NCBI GenBank assembly: GCA_046757165.1
Contig: JBHHXT010000071.1
Span: 1-21,319 of the forward strand
Direction of reading: 5' to 3'
DNA: 21,319 bases
DNA from: a bacterium
GTDB lineage: Bacteria; Zhuqueibacterota; Zhuqueibacteria; Oceanimicrobiales; Oceanimicrobiaceae
Positions 8,596 through 16,946 of the stretch are shown here, piece by piece (within the stretch, counting starts at the first letter, position 1; every line of letters starts with the position of its first letter). The notes below the pieces were generated by a model. It worked only from the letters and a program-made list of their open reading frames with translations, had not been told where the DNA came from and did not search any database. The translations under genes were made by a program, and so were the position numbers.

Positions 8596-9813
8596 CTATT
8601 GCACCATAAAATCCATTTGGAATATGGGCATCATCATGGCAAACACGATGAACCCGATGATGACGCCCAAAATGATGATCATGCCGGGCTCCAGAAGCTT
8701 TGTAAAAAGAGCTACCCGGCGCTCCACCTCCCTGGCGCTCGATTTGGCAATTCGATCAAGCGCCGTTTGCAGTTGATTGGTGAATTCCGCCGTGGTAATC
8801 ATCTGGCCCAGCAGAGGGGGCAAAACAGTGGAACTCAACAGGCTGGCGCCGATGCGTCCTCCTTTGCGAATGGTTTCAGCCGTTTGACAGAACTCGCGTT
8901 TCACAATCGAGTTGTTGCATGAGGCGACGACCACATCAAAGGCCTTATCCACGGGCACGCCGTGGCCGAGCAATGCGCTCAGGGTGCGGGCAAACTGCGC
9001 CACCTCACCCTCGACAATGAGCGAACCGAAAAAGGGCAGGCGCAGCTTGAAACCGTCGAGCTTCTCACGAAAAGCGCGATTCGCAAGATTCATTTTGAAA
9101 CCGAACACCAGGAGGGTCACCACCACAGCCAGGACAAAGCCGTTGTGCACCACAAAATCGGAAACGGATATTAATACTCGTGTCGGCCACGGCAGGGTCT
9201 GGTTGATCTCATCAAACATTTGAACGATGTTTGGGACGACAAAGGTGAGGAGCAGCACAAGAGTGATAATTCCCATGCCGAGCATGAGCAAAGGGTAGGC
9301 CATGGCGGCACGAATCTGTTTCTTGACGTCGTCTTCACCTTCCAGGTAGTCGGCCAGGTGCATCAGGACCAATTGCACCATCCCGCCGGTTTCGCCTGCC
9401 CGCAGCATGTTGACATACAAGGGCGAAAACAGCTTTGGCCAGGCCGCGCACGCCTCCGAAAGCTGTTGACCATCTTGAAGGCGCCTGAGAACATCCTGCA
9501 ATACCTGTTTGAGCGACGCCTCTTTGGTTTGACTCTGCAGCAGGTGCAAAGCAGAGTAAACGGTCATCCCGGCTTCCATCATGTTGGCCAACTGGCGTGT
9601 AAAAGAGATCAGGGCCTTGCGGGTGGCGCCGGAGTTACCCACGCTCAGACGCTTGCCCCCCAGGATCTGCTCTTCCAGAATGGCAGAAATGTCGACCGGA
9701 TAAAGACCGAGCTCTGTGAGCTGGCCTGCCAGTGCATCTTCGCTCTCGGCCTGCATTTCCCCCTGAACGAATTCCGTGGGCGAAGCTTTGGCCAGATATT
9801 TGAAAACCGGCAT
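8596..9813 (-). CDS. gspF: T2SS inner-membrane platform protein GspF
   Basis: MPVFKYLA, FTRQLANMMEAG, YVNMLRAGETGG, AMAYP, FARTLSALLGHGVP, LLEPGMII...MMMPIF. Confidence 0.96.
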   Translation of the reverse strand: MPVFKYLAKASPTEFVQGEMQAESEDALAGQLTELGLYPVDISAILEEQILGGKRLSVGNSGATRKALISFTRQLANMMEAGMTVYSALHLLQSQTKEASLKQVLQDVLRRLQDGQQLSEACAAWPKLFSPLYVNMLRAGETGGMVQLVLMHLADYLEGEDDVKKQIRAAMAYPLLMLGMGIITLVLLLTFVVPNIVQMFDEINQTLPWPTRVLISVSDFVVHNGFVLAVVVTLLVFGFKMNLANRAFREKLDGFKLRLPFFGSLIVEGEVAQFARTLSALLGHGVPVDKAFDVVVASCNNSIVKREFCQTAETIRKGGRIGASLLSSTVLPPLLGQMITTAEFTNQLQTALDRIAKSSAREVERRVALFTKLLEPGMIIILGVIIGFIVFAMMMPIFQMDFMVQ

Positions 9814-9815
9814 CG

Positions 9816-11444
9816 CTAAGATTCCGTCTCCTGTGTGACGCGAAGAACTTCGTCGAGCGTGGTCACGCCACGCCTTATTTTCTCGATTCCGTCCTGCCGA
9901 AGATGGACCATTCCTTTTGAGATGGCGATCTCGCGCAGTTGATTGGCTGGCGTCTTTTTCACGATGTGCTCCCGAATCTCGTCATCGACAACCAGGAACT
10001 CATAGACGGCGGTCCGCCCCCAATACCCACTCTCCTTGCAATGCGGACAGCCGCGCCCTTTGAACCAGACCGCGTCGTCTCCCAACAACTGTTTTGCCAT
10101 CTCAGCCTTGCCATTGTGTCCCACCTCGACGGTCTTGCACTGAGAACACACCACCCTGACGAGTCGTTGGGCAATAATGCATTCCACTGAGGCCGCAATC
10201 AAGTAGGGTTCAATTCCCATGTTGATCAATCTCGCTACAGCGCTGGCGGCGTCATTGGTATGCAACGTGCTGAACACTAAATGTCCTGTCATGGCGACCT
10301 GAATGGTCACCTCAGCGGTTTCATGGTCGCGAATCTCACCGACCAGCATCACGTCAGGGTCGTGGCGCAGCATCGAGCGAAGGCCCTGTGCGAACGAGAG
10401 ACCAATCTGCGGGTTCACCTGAACCTGAGTGATCCCTGGCAACTGGTATTCGATGGGGTCTTCGACAGTAATGATCTTTCGGTCCGTCTCGTTCAGGCGG
10501 CTCAAACACGAATAGAGCGTTGTTGTTTTCCCGCTGCCGGTCGGTCCGGTGAGCAGGATGATCCCGTGCGGTCGTTGAATCAGCCCTGCGATCAGCGCCA
10601 GGTCGCGCGGCAGCATGCCAAGACTGTCCAGATTGAGGGAGACCTGATTGCAGTTCAGAATTCGCAGATTGACAGACTCCCCAAACGGCGTTGGCAGGAT
10701 CGAGATGCGCAGGTCCAGCTCTTTCTGCCTGGTGCGGACTTTTATGCGGCCGTCCTGGGGCAGACGCTGTTCAGCGATGTTCAAGTTGGCCATGATCTTG
10801 ATGCGCGAGACGATCGCCGTGTGCAAGTGCTGCAGGGATTCGGGCACCGGCACTTCATAGAGAATGCCATCGATGCGGTACCGGATGCGCAAGCTCGACT
10901 CGGAGGGCTCGATATGGATGTCGGTCGCCCGCTCCTGAAAGGACTCGATGAGGAGCTCGTTGACGAACCGGACAATGCTCGCTTCCTCCCCGCCCTCATC
11001 CAGTTCCGACGTCAGGCCGACGGTCAAATCGACGTAGTTGCGGTTCTTGCCATCGCTGAGCATCCGGCCAACGGTTTCAGCGCCAACACCGTAGATGATG
11101 CGCAGCGTCTCCTCGATCTGCTCCAGCTCGGCTTTTTGGGCCTCGACCTCCACGCCGAGCGCCCACTGGATCTCATCCAGAAGGGCGACATCTCCCGGAT
11201 CGGCCATGGCGATCAGAAGGCGATTTCCCTTCTGCCCAAGGGGGACGACCTTGTACCGGCAGGCTATCGTAGACGGCATGAGCTCGCTCAACGCTTTCGG
11301 CTCCGCGGACACCAGCAGAGTGGACAGATCGATAACAGAACTGTGACCGGGCATATCCTGACGCAGCTCCTTACCACTCTTCCCCGCGAGGGTCAAGCCA
11401 TTCTGTTCTTCTCTGTGTCCAGCTTTGTTCTTGACGATAAGCAA
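9816..11444 (-). CDS. gspE: T2SS assembly ATPase GspE
   Basis: T2SSE_N-like region, ATDIHIEP, RLPQDGR, Walker A GPTGSGKTT, TVEDPIEY, LRHDPDVMLVGEIRD, His box TGHLVFSTLHTN, tetra-Cys (CSQC...CPHC). Start is either TTG 11444 or ATG 11354. Confidence 0.97.
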   Translation of the reverse strand: MLIVKNKAGHREEQNGLTLAGKSGKELRQDMPGHSSVIDLSTLLVSAEPKALSELMPSTIACRYKVVPLGQKGNRLLIAMADPGDVALLDEIQWALGVEVEAQKAELEQIEETLRIIYGVGAETVGRMLSDGKNRNYVDLTVGLTSELDEGGEEASIVRFVNELLIESFQERATDIHIEPSESSLRIRYRIDGILYEVPVPESLQHLHTAIVSRIKIMANLNIAEQRLPQDGRIKVRTRQKELDLRISILPTPFGESVNLRILNCNQVSLNLDSLGMLPRDLALIAGLIQRPHGIILLTGPTGSGKTTTLYSCLSRLNETDRKIITVEDPIEYQLPGITQVQVNPQIGLSFAQGLRSMLRHDPDVMLVGEIRDHETAEVTIQVAMTGHLVFSTLHTNDAASAVARLINMGIEPYLIAASVECIIAQRLVRVVCSQCKTVEVGHNGKAEMAKQLLGDDAVWFKGRGCPHCKESGYWGRTAVYEFLVVDDEIREHIVKKTPANQLREIAISKGMVHLRQDGIEKIRRGVTTLDEVLRVTQETES

Positions 11445-11591
11445 CTCCGCTCACCTGCGTCTGATAAGGAGCTCTTTCGATGAGCCCAATCAGTCATGTT
11501 CACCTATTCATCGCCCACCAAGCGCGGCAGGCCGGAAATATCTCAAAAGCAGCCGTGAAAACAACTATTTGGCCGCAACAATTATTACAAA

Positions 11592-11655
11592 AACATAACT
11601 CCTATCAGGATAGGTGCAGGATTAATTCGCGCTAAGATAGATTAATTTCTGTTAA
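11592..11655 (-). promoter_or_regulatory. Putative response-regulator binding array and promoter of the gsp operon
   Basis: ATTAA(11621), GCTAA(11631), ATTAA(11641), GTTAA(11651) at an exact 10-bp period; minus-strand TATGTT at 11597-11592; AT-rich divergent intergenic region; second copy at 175-210. Confidence 0.65.
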
Positions 11656-11802
11656 TCTTGGTGATTTCAGGACGAAACTCAGGGTGGGGCCGGAAAAGAC
11701 AGATTTCTACCTTGCCACAAGCGTAAAGAAGCCGTCCGCACAAAACAAGCTGTGTATGTAGAGAAGGGCAAACAGACACCCACTAAACATGAGGGCCGCA
11801 GC

Positions 11803-12483
11803 ATGAAAGTACTGATAGTTGAAGACGAGGTCCGGGTTGCCAATTTTATTCGCAAAGGCTTGCGCGAGGCGGGATACGCGGCCGACATTGCACAAAGTGC
11901 CGGGGAAGGCGCAGATTGCATGTCGAACAATGAGTACGACCTGGTTTTGCTCGACTGGTTACTCCCCGACAAACCGGGCATCGACTTGTGTCTTCAATGG
12001 CGCAAAGAAAATCTGCTTTTGCCCGTGATCATGGTCACCTGTCGCGACGCAACCGACGATGTGGTTTCCGCCCTGGACAATGGCGTCGATGACTACATCG
12101 TCAAACCCTTTACCTTCAGCGAGCTGCTCGCCAGGATGCGCGCCCTGCTCAGGCGAGCTTCGACAAAGGGCGTATCGCCCACCCTGAAACTGGACGATCT
12201 GGAGGTCAATCCCGCCCGGCGCACAGTCAACCGTGGCGAAACCAAGATCCACCTCTCGGAGCGCGAGTTCGCATTGCTCGAATATCTGCTCCGAAACTCG
12301 GGCAGAGTCTCAACCAAGAAGGAGATTCTGGCCCAGGTGTGGGACATTCAGCACAATATCAATTCCAATCTGGTCGAAGTCTTCATCAACCGCTTGCGGC
12401 TAAAGCTGGATTGCGGCTCGAGACGTCCGCTCATTCATACGCTACGAGGGGCCGGGTATCTGATGAAAGCCCTGGCTGCATGA
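11803..12483 (+). CDS. OmpR/PhoB-family response regulator
   Basis: MKVLIVEDE, DLVLLDWLLP (phospho-Asp), IMVT, DDYIVKPF, winged helix (LSEREFALLEYL, VEVFINRLRLKL, IHTLRGAGY); ATG 11803 preceded by GAGG. Confidence 0.96.
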   Translation: MKVLIVEDEVRVANFIRKGLREAGYAADIAQSAGEGADCMSNNEYDLVLLDWLLPDKPGIDLCLQWRKENLLLPVIMVTCRDATDDVVSALDNGVDDYIVKPFTFSELLARMRALLRRASTKGVSPTLKLDDLEVNPARRTVNRGETKIHLSEREFALLEYLLRNSGRVSTKKEILAQVWDIQHNINSNLVEVFINRLRLKLDCGSRRPLIHTLRGAGYLMKALAA

Positions 12484-13547
12484 TCATGTCCAAGTTTGCT
12501 ATTTTTGCCTGGGTCGCGTTTGCGTGTACGTTGATGCTGACGCGAGATGGCTCGAGCCAGGAATTCATTGGGCCTCATGGCTATTTGACCTTCGAGGCCG
12601 AGATCAGCAACAAAGATTCTGTCGGCGAAAGAGGAACATTCGACCTGCACCATCTCAACATCATCGGCAATTTCTTACTTGATTCAAAAACGCGCGTGTT
12701 CGGCGAGATTGAATGGGAACACGGCATTGATACGGAAGCCGAGGGACAGAACGGAAAGGGGATTGGTTTCGTGCGAGTGGAACGGGCATGGTTCGAGGTC
12801 GTGTTGTCTGACCAGCTCGCGTTCCGTTTAGGCAAATTCCTGACGCCGTATGGCATCTACAACGAAATACACGACGCGGCCCCTGCATACGACACCTCGA
12901 TCCTGCCGACATCTATTTATGGACAACACGAAAATCCATTCGGGCAGCAGCAAAGATTCTATGCGAAGTTTTCAATCGGCATTCAAGCACTGGGGAAGCT
13001 CGAGTTCGGCGGTCTGGGGCTAGACTATCAGGCTTTTGTGTCAAATGGTCGCGGCAGTAAGCCATTTGAACAAGATGATAATGGGAACAAAGGAATCGGC
13101 TTCCGCTTGGAGTCAGATATTGCGGCCGCAGGTCTGAAGCTGGGCTATTCTCTTTACACCGACAGGAATGGTCTTGCAAACAATACCCGACAAACCTCCC
13201 ATGCCTGGGATGTTCGATTCGAGCACAAGCGATGGCGCCTGAGCGGAGAGGTTGCGCTTTCCAGATTAGGCAGGGGCAAAGCGGCTGCCCATGACCAGGT
13301 TGCCAACGCTGGCTATGGAGAGCTGGCTTATCATCTTTTTCGTCGTCAGACCGTCCTGGTGCGGTATGACATTTTTGACGCTGACCGACGACGATCAGGC
13401 GACCTGGAAAAGGACCTCACCCTTGGCATGAGCATTCAAGCGTCCCAAAAAGTTGTCGTTAAGAGTGAGGTGCATTTTCTGCACGCTGAAAACGCAGCTC
13501 GCCAGGATTTCGTTCTGGCCATCGCCTCCCTGGCGGTCGTGTTTTGA
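12480..13547 (+). CDS. Outer-membrane beta-barrel/porin (OprO/OprP-like fold)
   Basis: Signal peptide, amphipathic beta-strands, motifs GEIEWEH, VRVERAWF, FRLGKFLTPYGIYN, NGNKGIGFR, C-terminal Phe (ASLAVVF). The ATG at 12480 overlaps the regulator stop (ATGA). Confidence 0.85.
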   Translation: MIMSKFAIFAWVAFACTLMLTRDGSSQEFIGPHGYLTFEAEISNKDSVGERGTFDLHHLNIIGNFLLDSKTRVFGEIEWEHGIDTEAEGQNGKGIGFVRVERAWFEVVLSDQLAFRLGKFLTPYGIYNEIHDAAPAYDTSILPTSIYGQHENPFGQQQRFYAKFSIGIQALGKLEFGGLGLDYQAFVSNGRGSKPFEQDDNGNKGIGFRLESDIAAAGLKLGYSLYTDRNGLANNTRQTSHAWDVRFEHKRWRLSGEVALSRLGRGKAAAHDQVANAGYGELAYHLFRRQTVLVRYDIFDADRRRSGDLEKDLTLGMSIQASQKVVVKSEVHFLHAENAARQDFVLAIASLAVVF

Positions 13548-14083
13548 CAGTCTTTACTATCATGCACATACCTGAACTGACAAGACGCTGCTGGTCCCTG
13601 ATTGTTTTCTCAATATTTGTCGTGGGCATCGTCTCACCACTCAGTGTGCAGGCACAAATTGTGGTAGTTGTGCCATCGAGCAGCAACGTCGACAGCCTGG
13701 TGACCAAAGATCTGCAGCAGATTTTCAAAGGGGAGGTGGCTTTCAAACGGGAAGGCGTTCCCTATCAAATTGTAGAATTTGCCCCTGTCAGTGACAAATT
13801 CTACAAGATTCTTTATAACCTGGACGCCTATTCAATCGGGAAGCATTGGCTTCGACGGATCTTTTCCGGTGAACGGGTGCTGCCGCCCAAGAGTTTTTCT
13901 AAAGTCGATAGATTCGAGAAGTTTCTTCTCGCCCATGAAAATGCGATTGGGTTCATGACCGCAGATGCATTTGGCAAGATCAAGCGCAACGCGGTGCGAG
14001 CGGTAATCGTCAATGGCTGCCATTATCAGCAGCCAGAATATGCGCTCAGAAAACCTCAAAGGGAGCCGGCTCCCCAAAAATGA
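13544..14083 (+). CDS. Small exported protein resembling one lobe of a type II periplasmic binding protein (often labelled phosphate ABC substrate-binding)
   Basis: Signal peptide ending VQA-Q, then IVVVVPSSSNVDSL..KDLQQIFKG, W..RIFSG...PP and NAIGF, resembling the short PstS-like family. Start is either TTG 13544 or ATG 13562. Confidence 0.75.
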   Translation: MTVFTIMHIPELTRRCWSLIVFSIFVVGIVSPLSVQAQIVVVVPSSSNVDSLVTKDLQQIFKGEVAFKREGVPYQIVEFAPVSDKFYKILYNLDAYSIGKHWLRRIFSGERVLPPKSFSKVDRFEKFLLAHENAIGFMTADAFGKIKRNAVRAVIVNGCHYQQPEYALRKPQREPAPQK

Positions 14084-14096
14084 GCCATGACTCGAC

Positions 14097-15608
14097 ATGA
14101 TGAAGATCTCCTTCAACAATCTGCCTATCCGGCTAAAGCTCGTCATTCCACTGATCACTGTTGTGGCGGCCCTGTTGATTTCAATGAATATCTATTTTCC
14201 GAGGCTCTACAAGCAAAACCTCGCACAAGCCTACGCACAGGAGGCCGCCCGAACGGCGGAGCTTTTTTCAGTCGCGGCCTCTGCCGCTCTCGAGCTCCAT
14301 AGCTTCGAGCTCCTGCAGCAAACCCTGCACAATGCCAAGAGGCATGCCAGCATCCTGTATATCTTTCTGTTTGAGAAAAACGGCGAACCTCTTGCTACCT
14401 ACAGTCCCCGCAGTACCCCGGTACCCAATCCTCCTGTCAGCGATAAAACGTCCATCACCACGAAACCGGAAGCGATCGTGGTGAGGCAGCAAATTGTGGG
14501 CTGCGAGCAAAACGTCCTTGGCCATCTTGTGCTTGGCTACAGTTTGGAAAGTCTGAATCAAAAAGTCAAAAAAGTCCGCGCCGTCACGATTCTTCTGGCC
14601 GGCGTCTCCTTCCTGCTAGGACTCTTTTTTCTCAACAGCGTTTCGAAACGAATTACGAGATCGGTGCAGCAACTGCACACACAGATGCAGGAAACGATCA
14701 AAACGGGCTGCTATACCTCCAAAGTGCCCGTTTCGACTCACGATGAGATTGGCCAGCTCGCAGAGGTTTTCAACCAGATGATAGCGGAGCTGATGCGACG
14801 ACAACAAAGCACGATCGAGTCGCAACAACGCTATCGTGACCTCTATGAGAAGATTCGAAAGCTGAATCGGCTGAAAACCATGTTTGTGTCAGATGCCTCG
14901 CACCATCTCCGCACACCGCTTACGATCATCAGAGGAGAAGTCGAAGTCTCGTTACAGAAAGAAAGAAGTCCAGCAGAATACAATGAAACCCTCATGATTG
15001 TCGAGGAAGAGGCCCGGCACCTGGGGAAGATCGTTGAGAATCTCCTGACCCTGGCCAAGGCAGACACCGGTAACCTGGTCGCGCTGCAAGATGCCATAGA
15101 TTTCTCGCATGTTTGTGAAACCCAAATACGACACGCCAGCGTGCTGATCCAGGACAAAGGTCTGCATCTAAGCTGTCAAATCGAAAAGAACTGTTTTGTG
15201 CGCGGAGATCCTAACCGACTCTCAGAGGTCGTTTTCAACCTTCTGGATAACGCCGCAAAATATACGCCTGAAGACCAATCCATCACTCTGAAGCTCGAAT
15301 CCAGGGAGAACAGCGCGCTCCTGACTGTGACGGATACCGGACCAGGCATACCGGAGCAGGACCTTGACAGAATCTTCGACCGGTTCTACCGCGGTGAAAA
15401 TTCGCGCAGCCGCTCAAAAGGATCGGGCCTGGGTCTGGCAATTTGTAAGAGCATTATCACTGCCCACGGAGGAAAGATTCGCGCTGCAAGCATCCCCGGT
15501 CAAGGAAGCACGTTCAAAGTGGAGCTGAGACGAGCCAGGATTGATGATGAAATACCGCTGACGACTGAAACCGAAGACGCTCCTCATCGCAGAACCGGAG
15601 TCACCTGA
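14097..15608 (+). CDS. Membrane-bound HAMP sensor histidine kinase
   Basis: Two TM helices flanking a periplasmic Cache-like domain, HAMP (DEIGQLAEVFNQM), H-box ASHHLRTPLT, N-box NLLDNAAKY, G1 DTGPGI, F-box IFDRFYR, G2 GSGLGLAI. Confidence 0.96.
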   Translation: MMKISFNNLPIRLKLVIPLITVVAALLISMNIYFPRLYKQNLAQAYAQEAARTAELFSVAASAALELHSFELLQQTLHNAKRHASILYIFLFEKNGEPLATYSPRSTPVPNPPVSDKTSITTKPEAIVVRQQIVGCEQNVLGHLVLGYSLESLNQKVKKVRAVTILLAGVSFLLGLFFLNSVSKRITRSVQQLHTQMQETIKTGCYTSKVPVSTHDEIGQLAEVFNQMIAELMRRQQSTIESQQRYRDLYEKIRKLNRLKTMFVSDASHHLRTPLTIIRGEVEVSLQKERSPAEYNETLMIVEEEARHLGKIVENLLTLAKADTGNLVALQDAIDFSHVCETQIRHASVLIQDKGLHLSCQIEKNCFVRGDPNRLSEVVFNLLDNAAKYTPEDQSITLKLESRENSALLTVTDTGPGIPEQDLDRIFDRFYRGENSRSRSKGSGLGLAICKSIITAHGGKIRAASIPGQGSTFKVELRRARIDDEIPLTTETEDAPHRRTGVT

Positions 15609-15756
15609 AGACCCCGTTGAACGGTTCGACGAACGCCGCGCAAAACATTCCTGCACAACGCCCCAGGTATTCGACCTGCCCGTCGGGAACAGACCGTCCA
15701 GCCAACATCGAGCCCACCCACATTTGACACCCCTGCCCCGGCCTGGCTGAAAGCCC

Positions 15757-15784
15757 TTGCTTTTATCGCAAAAAATCTTAGTTT
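15757..15784 (+). promoter_or_regulatory. Possible sigma70-type promoter for the cytochrome c-SCO-PCuAC genes
   Basis: TTGCTT (15757-15762), 16-bp AT-rich spacer, TAGTTT (15779-15784), in the gap after the kinase. Confidence 0.4.
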
Positions 15785-15842
15785 CTCCCGAGTGTGCGTG
15801 TCGAGAACAGACCATTGTGAGTTTCAATTCAGGCCGAGCAAC

Positions 15843-16292
15843 GTGTTCAGATTCGTCTTAGCCGCCTGCGGATGCCTTCTTCTCCTCAATGCGTGCAGCG
15901 AGGAAGCAAAACCGGTGAACCCCAGCCATCGTCAACGTCAGGCGCAGGTGCGGGAACAACTGAGACTGAAGCTGGGCGAGAGATACGATGAGCCCGTGCC
16001 GGCGGCCACGCCGCAGCAGCTTGAACGTGGGAGTAAGCTTTACGTTCAACTCTGCGCTCCATGCCACGGGGGTCGTGGGGACGGCAGAGGCCACACGGGT
16101 GTGGCACTCGCCATCCCGCCATCGGTTTTCACGGACCGTGAGCAGGCGAGGTTTTTTTCGGAGCAAGCGCGCTTGCACATCATTCGGAAAGGCATGCCGG
16201 GTACCGCAATGATGGGGTGGGAAACGGTGCTGCCAGAAAAGGACATCCAGGCGCTCTATGGTTACATTCGTTCTTTAATTGACACGAGGTGA
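15843..16292 (+). CDS. Monoheme class I c-type cytochrome, probable lipoprotein
   Basis: Single CXXCH (CAPCH), distal Met in GMPGTAMMGW, lipobox-like LLNA-C. Start is either GTG 15843 or GTG 15792. Confidence 0.9.
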   Translation: MFRFVLAACGCLLLLNACSEEAKPVNPSHRQRQAQVREQLRLKLGERYDEPVPAATPQQLERGSKLYVQLCAPCHGGRGDGRGHTGVALAIPPSVFTDREQARFFSEQARLHIIRKGMPGTAMMGWETVLPEKDIQALYGYIRSLIDTR

Positions 16293-16322
16293 ATAGAACC
16301 CGAACGGAGGAAAGAGGAAAGA

Positions 16323-16913
16323 ATGAATCGGTGCAGAAAAACCCTGCTGGCGCTTCTATGCGGTGCGGCAGCCCTGGCAGCCAATTGTCGGTCTTCTGAC
16401 ACGCTGCGGGGCACGACGCTGCCGGACATGCCGTTCACCGACTTTACGTTGACAGACCAAAACGGCAATCTGTTCACGCTCAGTGATCACAAGGGCAAGG
16501 TCATCTTGATGTTTTTTGGCTACACGACTTGCCCGGATGTGTGTCCCCTGACCCTCTCGACGTGGCGCCAGGTGGAGGAAAAATTGCAGGACGAGGCCGG
16601 AGAGGTCGAGTTCGTCTACATCACGGTCGACCCCCAGCGCGACACACAACAGAAGCTGCAAAATCATCTCGCCGTTTTCAGCCAGAGCTTCATCGGCCTG
16701 ACCGGCACCGCGGAAGAGCTCGACCCGGTCTACCGCGGCTACGGCGTCTATCGCGAGAAACAGGAGATCTCTGAAAGTGCCGCCGGCTACCTGATGAACC
16801 ACACCTCCAGCATGTACTTCCTGGACCGCAACGGCATCTGGAAGTCTCGGATGTCAAATGACGCCAAAGCCGATGACATCGTCCACGACATACGGGTTCT
16901 GCTGAAATCCTGA
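16323..16913 (+). CDS. SCO1/SenC family copper chaperone
   Basis: DFTLTDQNG, FFGYTTCPDVCP (CxxxC), ITVDPQRDT, IGLTG, conserved His in YLMNHTS; RBS GAGGA. Confidence 0.97.
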   Translation: MNRCRKTLLALLCGAAALAANCRSSDTLRGTTLPDMPFTDFTLTDQNGNLFTLSDHKGKVILMFFGYTTCPDVCPLTLSTWRQVEEKLQDEAGEVEFVYITVDPQRDTQQKLQNHLAVFSQSFIGLTGTAEELDPVYRGYGVYREKQEISESAAGYLMNHTSSMYFLDRNGIWKSRMSNDAKADDIVHDIRVLLKS

Positions 16914-16946
16914 CGACGCGGAAACAATCAAAGGAGGGAAAGGATC

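Noticed and set aside
11380..11410. Prepilin-like 'NGLTLAG' in the GspE leader
   Set aside because: No Glu5 and no hydrophobic helix follows; chance resemblance.
10281..11483. 400-aa plus-strand ORF
   Set aside because: Antisense shadow of gspE with no recognisable motifs; expected from codon bias in GC-rich genes.
11803..15608. Naming the two-component pair cusRS/copRS or phoBR
   Set aside because: The regulator is generic OmpR-type. The sensor periplasmic domain is not notably His/Met-rich, there is no pstCAB or phoU, and the repeats do not match a Pho box. The signal is unknown.
15614..15635. Short inverted repeats after the kinase stop (CCGTT-G-AACGG, GTTCG-A-CGAAC)
   Set aside because: Five-bp arms, 1-nt loops and no U-tract; not supportable as a terminator.
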